A stretch of DNA of 64,000 nt from Hydrolagus affinis (lineage: Eukaryota), in the NCBI GenBank assembly GCA_012026655.1, contig JAAILG010000030.1, positions 1 through 64,000 of the forward strand, given 5' to 3'. Positions 25,181-36,326 of the stretch are shown piece after piece (the first letter of the stretch is position 1; every line of letters starts with the position of its first letter). The notes beneath the pieces were generated by a model, which saw only the letters and a list, made by a program, of their open reading frames with translations, did no database searches and was not told the origin of the DNA. Position numbers and translations under genes: made by a program.

Positions 25181-27237
25181 GTTTGCTGTTTAAATTACTG
25201 TTTTATATACCATTCGTCTTTTATGTATCCATTGTTTCCCACGAAACAAAGCTAATTTGCCATTGGCAATCGTTTGTATGAATTTGGGATTCAGATCCTA
25301 AACAGTAGACATGGGTATTCCACAGGTTCAACAGTGGTGTGTGAACCACAAGCACACAGAACATTCAGAATACTGACGAATGTTATACTTTTCTAATGTT
25401 GGGTTTGGCCAAGTTCTCCAGGTAGTCAGTGAATAATGGAAGGCAAGGCAGTGAGTAAAGAGAAAAATAGCAAAATGCTGACCAGAACTCTTAAGCTCTA
25501 TGAGTCTATTGTATAAATACAAAACAAAGCTATACATGAATAAATTACAACAATTGTGGAGTTTGTAAGAGTTCGTTCCATCTAGATTGAGTCACTGGGG
25601 AGTGCTATGTAATTCAGTATATTACACCATGTGAAGTCTTATTTATCACTTTTATGCTGGCTAGTAAAATCTCAATCATACTGATGCATAACTCCATGCC
25701 TGCGGCGTCATAAAAGCATACATTTTGGTAAGACTTATGCACCAGAGTTTGAGTTTCTTATATATTTACTGATGAGTGTCCATTTGTCAGAACTTTACAA
25801 CAACAACAAAATTAGATTTTTATAGCACTTTTCATGCCAGAAGGAGGCAGTTTACTGTTTTGATTCCAAATGTGAGCAAATTTGTAGCATTTAGGATATC
25901 TCCTGCCAGTTTATGATCTGGGAATCTTGTTGCCAGGAACTTTGTTTGAGGGAAAGTTGTTACTGGCGGGGGGGGAGGGGGAGTGCCCTTGTTGATGTTA
26001 ACTAGAATTTTATATCTTAACAAATATTTATTTTATGAGTCTTTGTTTTGCATGGAATTGGTTAAGACCCATGAGTACAACCAATTACTTGTGGATTGTT
26101 CTTTATGGCATTAAAACTTCACAAATTGAATGTTCTGAAATCAAATACAGTGCGGATTGCTATATTCTAGATGAATGTGGTCATCAATTTAGTTAATATG
26201 TTACAGAATTGTCCCATTATAAGTGTAGAACAAAACGTGTATTCACACACGCACACAGCACGTGTCTATTTATTTAGAAATTAACTAATTGTTAAAATAG
26301 TTATTCTACAAGTATTTTTGTTTCAACAAACATTCCCTCCCCTCCCCACTCTTGCCTAATAATGAAGAAAAACTCAAAAGTTACTCGCGGGCATTTTTCA
26401 AGAAATTGTATTAATTTCTGTTTACTAAACTTTGGCAGTTAATTATTCATTTGGCACTTTTGTTTGACAGGTTCTGAACTTTATTATGCTTTTATGTAAA
26501 TAACAATAAATAACATTTTGTATAACACCTTGAAAAACTATTTCTACCAAACTGGAACAAGTATTTTACGGGATGAAACTTTACTTTTCAAAATGTCGTG
26601 CTCCAAGAAGTATGGAAAATGGAAAATTGCATGGAAAATCAATGGAAAATTTTCTAAGAATTCAATATAAAATCTAGATGCTTGAATGCCACAAGTGTCT
26701 TAAAAAAGATCTTCTGTAATCCTAGTGATATTCCATTGCCAGCTCCTGTACAGTATGGGGCAAAATACAGTAAATGCATTGAGATTGCATAATTTGGTAT
26801 TGTTGGGATCTGCCAATAATAACTTGAAATTGCCTTTTCGCAATTCTCTGAATTCCTAAACATAATATTTTTATTCCTTTCTAAATCAGGTGTGATAAGG
26901 GTTGACCATCAGCAGTATGTTATTTTAATATTGATGAAAATATTTACTATCGGATCATTCTGAAATTAAAGAAATCCAAATTTTTTCCCACAGACACCTG
27001 TATTATGTCTCTATTGTTGGCCCTCATATTTCCAAATCTACACACAGCTTCTTCCTGACATCATCTATATGCTTTCCTGTGTATGTTGAGGAGGATAAAG
27101 ACTTCTATCTTTTTGCTATGTCGCTTGTTTTCAGGGCTCTTGTTATTCTGACTGACTGACTGACTGACTGCCTCTCGTTCTTATTCCATCAACTTCCCAG
27201 GCTTCTTTCTTTGCGTTACTCAGGTTAAGGTGGACAG

Positions 27238-27352
27238 TGTCAGCTCAGTGGTTAGAGCACTCGCCTTGCAAGCGTGAGTGTGTTTTGAATCCAGGCAGGT
27301 CAGGGCAAAACCTTGAGCAAATTTCCTTACTCCACACAGCTAATAATAATCT
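27238..27352 (+). mobile_element. tRNA-derived head of the Deu-type SINE (3' part missing)
   Basis: agctcagtggttagagcactcgccttgcaagcg...tttccttactccacacagctaataataat matches the 5' part of the copies at 39853 and 62448. Confidence 0.8.
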
Positions 27353-28149
27353 TTTTTAAAAAAAACTATAACTTGCACTGAGCTACGATTCAAGCCAACT
27401 ATCTGGTCCGTCACCAAGGCAGCTTTTTCACCTCCAGAACATTATCTGCTTAAGCTATTACCTCACCTTCACTGCTGTTAAAAACCTTTATCTGTGCCAT
27501 CAAAATGTTTAGCAGACTCAACTGATCCAAAACATTAGGCGTTGCACACCTATTACTCACCTATTACTCCAGTTCTCTCCAGGCTCCATTGACTCCTAGT
27601 ACGTCAGAAGTTTGAGTTTAAGCTAGGCAACCTGGTGATCTTCAAATTGTTCCACAGTTCTTGCAACATGCTACACAAGCAATATTCTCCAACATTTCAT
27701 GAGGCCTTGTTTTTCACTCTGGTCTATTGCTCATTCACTACTCCCTCAGCTCCATCATCACTGACTGAGTCTTCAGCCACCACGCTCCTGTCATGTGGAA
27801 CTTTCTCACAAAACCACTTTTCCTTGTTATAAATCTGACAGCCTCGTAAATGTATACAAAAATCAATCTCTTTGACTATACATTTTATCAATATCATTTT
27901 TTTTAATGTCCCTGCTTGTTGCATACTATTTGTGAAGCTTTTCTGTTTTGTGGAAGACACTGTACAAATGCAAATTGTTTATACTCATTTGTTATTGAAT
28001 ATTTTGATTGATATAGACTTTTATATATATTTTGTATCTACTGATGAAAAATAACACTTTGACAACTTTTTTAATCCAAAAGTTCATAAGATGTTGAGAA
28101 TAGTGTTCTTCTGGACACTTGTTTTAGTTTTTTTTATATGTATAAATCT

Positions 28150-28375
28150 CCATCCCACAGTCCGTTCGCCTCACTTCCTCCCTTGCCTCCTTCAATGCCG
28201 GTCTCAACACCCTCCTTTTTGATCGTGCCTTCTGCTTCTCCTTCCTCCCCTAACTCTCCCCCTGCCCCCTACCCTTCCCCTCCCCCTTGCTCAGGTCCCA
28301 ATTTGACTATACAGCGCCTTTGGACGTCCTCCTGACGTTAAAGGCTCTCCATAAATGTAATTTTGTTATTGTTGT
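28150..28375 (+). mobile_element. L2 LINE 3' end fragment
   Basis: C-rich 3' UTR followed by cagcgcctttggacgtcctcctgacgttaaaggctctccataaatgtaattttgttattgttg. Confidence 0.85.
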
Positions 28376-28899
28376 ACTTAGCCTGTGGTATATAGATTGG
28401 TTGTAACTGTTATTAATAGACTGCATATAAAACACGTTTTTTAAAGCTGCCCTTTCTTTAGACAATATTTTGCATCCCTCAAACATTACCTTAATTAATA
28501 TTATTTCAAATATTCACTCATTATATCAGGAGGAATGCTTAGGGCATTAATCTTGCTTAAAAACTTGCTTCACAAAGAGTACAACCTATTCTATTTATTC
28601 CATCTTAAATACAATAACACTCAGAATTATTAATGGCTAATGTTAGACTTCTGCATAAAAATATAAATAGAAGCTGTTTCCCACAGTACAAAATGTCATA
28701 GAATATCAAATACATTGAGGCTGCTACTGTTGAAAAACCATTCATTAAATATGCAGGTCTTTTGTGTGTTAATAAGAAGCGTTCCAAATATTATTCAAAG
28801 CTAGAGAATATAGATGTCATTAAGGTTTCAAGTGTTAACTTTTCATTTGCACAGAATTTGACAGTCCACAAAGACGCAAAGTCAGTGCATGCATATAAA

Positions 28900-31800
28900 T
28901 AAGTACCTTCTTACCAACAGCAGTGAATGTGGTGCCCTGAATACCAACGGTGTTAAAGTCATCAGTGACTGAGAGATCATATCCGTTGGGTAAATTAGTG
29001 AAAGCCGTTGGAGATTTTTTTTCCCTGTAATTCAGTTATGTATGTAAAGTAGATCAAATATGCAGTAATGGAAAAAGGTTATCCGCATTGATAATCCATT
29101 CAAAGACAGTTGAATTGGTACTATTCAGGACTATAATAGATGACTGCATGCACGTTTATGTCATTATGCTTATAATTCCAAACGTTCCAGGATTCCAACA
29201 CCGTTTGACTCGAGCTACATTTACGAAGGCATTCCTCCAGAAGAAAAAGCAGAGATTTCTGGCAATGAAATGTAAAATATTGTATCCAAGTGGTGCCCGC
29301 TATTCGATTGCATATCATTATACCCATGCAAAGAACAACAGCGACATCTGCATGTTCACTGCACAAAATGTCGCAGTCAGCACTGTCTGTGGCTTTTTTC
29401 GCCAGCTAATTGTACAGTAGAGTCACGGCGTATCTCATTTGAATATTAATATTGGAAACAAAAGGGAGAGTGAGGGAAGGAACAAAGTGGCCTAATTTCC
29501 AAATGAATTCATGCGTTGTACATCAGCAACAGATTTCCATGCTTAATTGTCTTTTCAGTTTTCCCAGGAAGTAATTTTGATTATCTGCCAGAACTAGGCA
29601 ATGTTGGGGGAATGAATTAAACCATTGAGAAGACAAACAAAGGCTTGCGATTACTATGTTATTCATGTATGAAAGTGACAAAGACCCCACTGTATCTGTT
29701 GTGTACGCATAAAAGGCTTTCAGACTGAAATAATTGATTAATCACATTAATGGTTGCATCGTGGCTATCAAAATCAGATGCACACTAATTTTTTGCAGAA
29801 ATAGTTGATACCCAAGCTCGCGTACTTTTTATGCAAACAAACATTACAAGGTAATGATCCACGATTTCACTTGATCTTCATTTCCGACACCCTTTTTTTT
29901 AAAAAAAATAAAGTTTCCATTTCTATAGAGTTTAAGGAATTATTAGCAGTGAATCCCCATAGAGCAATTTTTTTCCGTAGCAGTGGAATTTACAGAATTT
30001 TCACTTAAATTCTGGAGGATCATTCTGCAATTTTAAATATGCCGTTGTGATAAAATTAGCTGTATCCACAATGATTTTCTTGAGATGTAACCAAGTCAGG
30101 GGATTAAAAGAAAAAAAAGCAGACAGTCCATTGAGCAGGCCAGCTTCTCTGATATGGATCATATGAGGCTCGCATTGTATTCATCCCACTCTGAATACTC
30201 CATGCTTAACCAGCTTAATGATATGCAAATGAAATATGCATAAAACCATTCTACTGTAAGATGATTAAACACTGGGGACGTTAACTGCCACCACATGACT
30301 GTTTGACTGTAATAATTTTAGAACATTCACTTTGATTGCGGCGTATGGAATCTAGCAGCTGGTAGAGCCCGTGACCCATTTAGCGTTATCCCTCTGCAGA
30401 GCTGTTTCCCCTGAACATCGGTTTTCACAGGCGTCGCTGCCATTGTACTCCAGTCGAACGCTCGAAGATTCTTCTAACAACACAATCGCCTTGTTAATAA
30501 AAAAAACCTCCACCGTCTACATTCGCAAGCATATATTCCAAAAGGAGAACTCACATTAAAAGACAGTAAATCCAGCTCATTAGAAAATTGCCCAGAAGAT
30601 GCCAGGTTAAAATCCGTTACCAGCAGGTTGGCTCTGCAGTGTGCACAGCTTGTATCATATGTGTGATGGCACTTGAGGAAGTTGCAGAAGTACATCCATT
30701 ACGCACTGCTGTTTTGTATTGTTTTGTAAAATCCACACGTAATTATTTTTAAAATTCCTTTTGTACTTTTTGTTCCTTTTGTTTTCAGCTCGCGTCTGCC
30801 ACGGTGCGAGCGATGCCAACTGAACACCTTTCGGGATCCACGGCAACACTTCCACCGTAAGTAAAAGCCACCCTTCCGTTCCGGAGGGGAACATTTCATT
30901 TTCCCATAAAATGTACCACAGGATTTATCCAAGTAGCACCTTCAAACCTTCTCACTTCAAGTTTGTACACGTCTCTGTGGCATCCCTCCTCCTTCATTCC
31001 CATAGTGGATCTTGTAAAAGGCTACAGATCGGCCCATTCATCTCCCTGGTGATAGCACTGAATGCAGATAAATCTCAGGCTGCCTGCCTGCTGCAAGAGT
31101 ATGATTCTTATTTTCCTTGTGTACCTGGGTCAATTGATGGTTAAAAAACACGCTCCAGATTAAACAGTAAATCTTCAGTATCCTGTCAGTGACTATGTGA
31201 GCACCAAAATTGCTTTTATTTCCTTTTTTAAAACACGAAAGGCATAATTATGCACATTTGCTTGCAGCTTCTCTGGCAACTGGCAGTACCACGCAGACAT
31301 AATATGCCTGCTTCACTGCCATTCCCCATGGCATCAGGCAGAAAGGGTTACTCCGAAGTAGCTCCTTTGTTTTTTGTTGGTATTGTTTTTGTAAACGAAC
31401 TTGAATAGAAAACAAATCAACATCGAACAAAACACTGGTTCGTGCTTTGACAGTTGGCAGTATTGCCCCTGGCATCATGTCGTCGCTGCTATTTTTTTCA
31501 TCTCCTGGCATCTTTCGGAACGGCAGTCGATGCCATGGCGGCTTTTGTCTTCGAGGGGAAAAAGTATCCGCAGTCGCTTCTGCACGGCCAAGCAAAAGAT
31601 GATTAAACACAGACAGTGCACGCATCCTTGTTTTCAACTTGAAACATGTCCTCTGAGGAAGGATTTACAGTGGAGCGCATGGTAATCCTGCCAGTTGCGC
31701 CTTCAGATATGACTTCGTGTTTGCTGTAGGGGTCTGGATAATCTCCCTTGGCTCAACAGTTCTGACAGACGCACATACGGGCCCTAACATACCCGCTGTT

Positions 31801-32800
31801 ATCAAGAGAGCTGTGGCGCTGCCAGTGAATGGATGGCACTGTGCCAGCTCTTGCCATTTGCGGCGGCTTTCTATAGACTTGACACTAATTAACATAAGGG
31901 TTAATTGATTTTAAAAGCTGAAGAATTACAGTTAACATTCCCAAAGGGTAAACACACCAATAGCTTGGCATTACTGCCGTGCTGGCGCAGGAAAGCCCGC
32001 AGCAGCAGCAACAGCATTGGCTGCTTATTGGACTATAGCTGATGGGAGACGACGTTTTACAGTCTCATCTGCTACAATATGTTGCAATGATATTTTGTTA
32101 TAAATAATCAAAGCCCATTTAAATAAAAGCTGGAGTGAAGTTGTAGAGAAATTTTTGTCATAACACCCTCGGGCTTTATTGTAATCAGTAAATTAGTCCC
32201 TTCTGTCATATTTGATTAAGTAATTATCAGCATACCGCTTTACCTAACATTTGAAAAGATAAGGCGAAAGGGAGAGGCTTTAAATTTTTTAAATACTATA
32301 CTGTAACCTCCTTGGTTTGTAAGACAAGGTCAGAGCTGACTAATTGGCTCAGGTGCTTAATTTAAATAAAGTACCTCATTAAAGCAAAGTTGTTTCCTGC
32401 AATTAAGATCGAAGGGAAAAAAAACCTAAGAGCTGGAAAAATAGATACCTACTTTGCTTAGCTAATTTCTGATGGCTACTGAAGGAATTTCCTTTAAAAA
32501 TTGCAGACGCGCTCTACGATATAAAATCCTTTTTTCAGTTAAAGAACTTGCTTTGGCTTACGAAAGCTCGCTGAATAGGAGGCACAGAAAGGAGCTGAAG
32601 CTATGACAGGAATCCATTATGCAAATGCATTCATTTGCATTTTCCCTACGACTAGAATATGTAAATGAACTGCATAATTTAGATCTGCCTGCATCTGTCT
32701 AAAAATATTACAAAATGAGGATTGCAATTCTGAAAATGAAAATGTGGCATGTTTATAAAGCAGATTTTTATTAAGACAATGAACATTTCAAATATGTTTC
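28900..32800. promoter_or_regulatory. Candidate cluster of conserved non-coding elements (enhancers) around exon 6
   Basis: About 4 kb with no recognisable SINE or LINE, more CpG than the flanks, many TAAT/TGAT/TGACA motifs and perfect octamers at 30223, 32619 and 32633. Conservation itself cannot be seen from one sequence. Confidence 0.55.
30789..30856 (+). CDS. Coiled-coil protein gene, exon 6, S/T/P/A-rich linker (LASATVRAMPTEHLSGSTATLP/P)
   Basis: Long pyrimidine tract ttttgttcctttttgttttcag|, donor ACC|gtaagt, 68 nt, phase 0 to 2. This is the phase change needed to join exon 5 (ends phase 0) to exon 7 (starts phase 2). Confidence 0.75.
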
Positions 32801-34357
32801 AAAAACTAATATTAGATCAGTATTCTGTTCCACCTAATCTAAATTTGTTTTAAACTTTGATTAACTTCTTCATTCTATCATTTACACACTGGAATATCGC
32901 TGGCATATTTTATCGATATTGTTCCATTGTTTTGAAATGTGTGCACATGAATGTTGTGCATGCCACAGAATCTAGGCACAAGAATACATGATCTGAGTTT
33001 CATATAAATTACCTGTGTTTTAACACCATTTGTATGATAAAATCTAGGAGAAATATAATCCACAGTAAACAGAAATGTTATGGGCAAAATAAATGTGAAA
33101 AACAGATCTTGGAACTTTGCTGTTTTTTGTACAAATATGTACAAAATCCTTTGCCTAATGAAACACATTAAAATTGACAAAAGTCCTATAAACGATATAA
33201 TCGCCTAAGTCATACACCCACCCGAGTCCCATTCCATTTCCTATTAAATCCACTCCCATTTATATGCACTAGTCGTATTAACCATTGCGTAACTTGTAAT
33301 GCATTATAGTACTTACCCAGGTACCAGGTCAAAACTTAGCTTCCTATGCCTGCCTCAACTAGAACGCAGCACATGCACGCCCTCCATCCCTCCCTGGGGA
33401 ATAACATTGACGTCGTCGATTGCACAGTTACTGGCGTTGAAGTTGCACGCAAGATGCTCCACTTGAAACAATCACGTGTAGTCCTGGTCCATCACCGTAT
33501 GCGTACTTACCCACTGCAATGCCGAAAGATCGCATGCACAGTACACAGCAGTGAACAAGCTTTTGGCCAGTCAGCACGATAGCAGGCAATGTGATTCCCC
33601 CAACTAAATCCTAATGCCTTATATTCTATTGAAATAGTTCTATTTTGAACCTGTTGGTTGTGCCATTTATTGTACAGTCCATGTATTCGGCATGTGAGGT
33701 ACAGGCCTATGCAGTACTTATAGAAAGAATGGGCTATCACAGCATTAATATGCATGGGTTAAACTTGCCTTAACCAGCCAGTACAGTAAAGGTGCAATAC
33801 GAATGTAATTTTGTTGTTGTGTATGTATTAGTCATATAAAATCCGACTTATATGTAGCTTACATAAGTCATATATGATACGACTTATACATGTTTGCCAT
33901 AACTAATACTTTCCATAAGTCATATTAAATGTTACGGTCGCAACTGATGCAATTTAAGTGAGTTTAACTGTAAAACTGGCTGAAAGTTAAAACTGACCGT
34001 AAGGAAAATCCATTTCCTTGTTTAAGTTCAATAATAACATTTTAAAAAGCATCAAAAACTACACTTGAAAGTATAGATTTTAATGTTACTATGTGTGGAG
34101 AGATACCCTACCTTTTTGTAAGGGCTAACTAGAAGCATCATCATTAAAGCTTTTGAATTTTCTTTCTGCTACTAATGTGTTTTCCTGGTAATGTTCTTAG
34201 ATATACCATGATGACAGGGTAATCAATGAATGGAACAGGTTGCCAGTCAGCCTGGAGAGAAAAAATAGTTTTAAAGTGTAATTGTACAAACTGTGGCATG
34301 CACATTTTTGTTTCTCACACTCTTATTCTTCATATAATGTTTGCACTTTTTATCCAG

Positions 34358-34493
34358 CAGCACTACCTCCTGTGAGATTTTGATGGAATATGGAGAGATC
34401 AAGTCTGAGTTGGTGTTAAAAGAGCAGATGATCCAGAGATTACACAAGGACCTTACGGATGCTACTTTGGTCCAAAAACAGTCAAAAGATGAG
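34358..34493 (+). CDS. Coiled-coil protein gene, exon 7 (STTSCEILMEYGEIKSELVLKEQMIQRLHKDLTDATLVQKQSKDE)
   Basis: Tandem acceptor ttttatccag|cag| (start 34358 or 34361), donor GAG|gttggt, phase 2 to 0. Overlaps track ORF 34341..34607. Confidence 0.87.
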
Positions 34494-34695
34494 GTTGGTA
34501 GGAGTGCAGTGATGGTAATATGGAGCAATTGGTGTCACAGTATTCGTCATGAAGTAAATGAGTTTTGCTTTCTTTTGTCACATACACAAGGATTCCAAAA
34601 TCCTTAATTTGGAACCTTATACCATTTATCTCAGGATTTCAGATTCCAGTTATCTTATGTAAATTGTGTAACATATACAACTGCGGTGCTATTAT

Positions 34696-34712
34696 AAAGA
34701 AGGAAAGAAGGA

Positions 34713-34764
<52 letters not shown>

Positions 34765-34766
34765 AA
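34696..34766. repeat. (AAAG)n microsatellite
   Basis: Seen directly. Confidence 0.97.
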
Positions 34767-34995
34767 TTTGTTATCAATAGCATGTCCATCATCTTGGCAA
34801 AAATATGGCATATTCTTACTGTATGAACTTTAGTTTATCAATCAATTACCTTGGGTGTTTCTATGTAGATCCAATCGAACAATCTAATCAAAAATCCATA
34901 GATAGGTCAAACACTAAAAGTGCTTTAGTAAGTAAAATACTGAAAAATGCATTTGGGATTGTAATTGACACTTTTTTTGTGATAGTCTTTTGATA

Positions 34996-35360
34996 CATAG
35001 AATCATAGAATTTTACAGCACAAAAGGAGGCCATTCGGCCCATCGAGTCTGCGCCGGCTCTTTGAAAAGAGCTGTTCAAAGTCAGTCCCACTCCCCGGCT
35101 CTCTCCCTATATCCATGCAAACCCAGTCTTCCCCAAATAACCACCCACCTCTCTTTTAAAAGTTGTTATCGAATCAGCCCCCACCACCTTTTCAGGCAAT
35201 GCATTCCAGATTTGAACAACTCATTGCGTGAAAACATTTCTCCTCACCTCCCCTCTGCTTCTTTGAGAAAATCTCAAGTCACTGACACACCCACCAGTGA
35301 AAACAGTTTTTCCCTGTTTACCCTATCAAACCCCTCATGATTTTGAAAACATTTCAAATC
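34996..35360 (-). mobile_element. CR1-clade LINE 3' fragment
   Basis: catagaatcatagaattttacagcacaaaaggaggccattcggcccatcgagtc is the reverse complement of a CR1-type 3' end with an (ATTCTATG)-like terminal repeat, followed by a degraded ORF2 end. Confidence 0.85.
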
Positions 35361-35489
35361 TATGAGAAACTCAAAAAAGTTGCTAAATTTAGCATGTGAG
35401 GTTTATGCAGATTGAAAAACAACAAGGACCTTTTTTTTCCATCTAGCTTCCTACAGTGTGATCAGTATGTATGACACAATTCAAAAAGA

Positions 35490-35655
35490 TTTGGTTTAAC
35501 GTCTCTTCCAAAGAATTGCACATCAATTAATGCAGCACACCCAAGCACTGCATTTGGGTGACATTCTAGATTATGAGTTTGAAGTGCAAGTGTAGGTCTT
35601 AAAGCCACAACCTTCTGATTCAGAGTTGAGAGGGCCGCCAATTGAGGTAGGCTGA
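35490..35655 (-). mobile_element. Old SacSINE1-like SINE 5' part
   Basis: ggtttaacgtctcttccaaag...tgcagcacacccaagcactgca...ccacaaccttctgattcagag. Confidence 0.7.
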
Positions 35656-36189
35656 CAAACTTGATATGAATGGGGCAATGATTGCTGAACAATTGATCTC
35701 AAGACTAACATCTACATGTTCACTTAATAGCAAAACAATAGTCCAAAATCTAGATATAATTTAAGGGTATTTAATTATGCGCAAATGCAAGTTTATTTTA
35801 TTTATTAGTTATAATGGTTCGATATTAATGCAGCATCTTGTAAATGAGAAATTAAAGAAATATTACATTGATGAAAATTATTGCATATAATTTGTTTCTT
35901 GAAATAAATGTATGCTATATTGATACGTAAAATCTTACCTACTTACAAATCAACTATTCCTGGAATCATTTAAATGAAAGCATAAAGTTTCGTTAATCAT
36001 TACTTTCAAGACGTGTAATACAGAGACATTTGTATTGATCAGTTCTTTAATGGTGTTTTAGGAAGGAATTAGAAACATAAATATGGCACGTATCCAATTA
36101 ATTAGTCATTTTTTAAAAAAAACATTGTTCCTATTTTAAATCTCTTCCTGAATCCACAGCACATGCACAGATGAATATATATTTGAAAA

Positions 36190-36326
36190 ATAGAGGGATC
36201 AGGGGATATGGGAATAGGGCAGGTAATTAAAGTTAGGTGAGAAGATCAGCCATGATCTTATTGAATGGCGGAGCAGGCTCGAAGGGCCGAATGGCCTACT
36301 CCTGCTCCTAATTCTTATGTTCTTAT
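36190..36326 (+). mobile_element. CR1-clade LINE 3' end (second subfamily)
   Basis: gatcagccatgatcttattgaatggcggagcaggctcgaagggccgaatggcctactcctgctcctaattcttatgttcttat. Confidence 0.85.

Noticed and set aside
30431-30605. Possible exon after gttttcacag|
   Set aside because: The phase 0 frame hits TAA at 30557-30559 before any good donor, and the exon at 30789 already supplies the required phase.
31248-31908. Overlapping ORFs of 129, 94, 76 and 63 aa
   Set aside because: No recognisable protein features or splice-compatible ends; expected by chance in a GC-richer non-coding block.
33309-33330. U1 snRNA 5' end (ATACTTACCTG-like)
   Set aside because: Similarity stops after TACTTACC and no U1 body follows.
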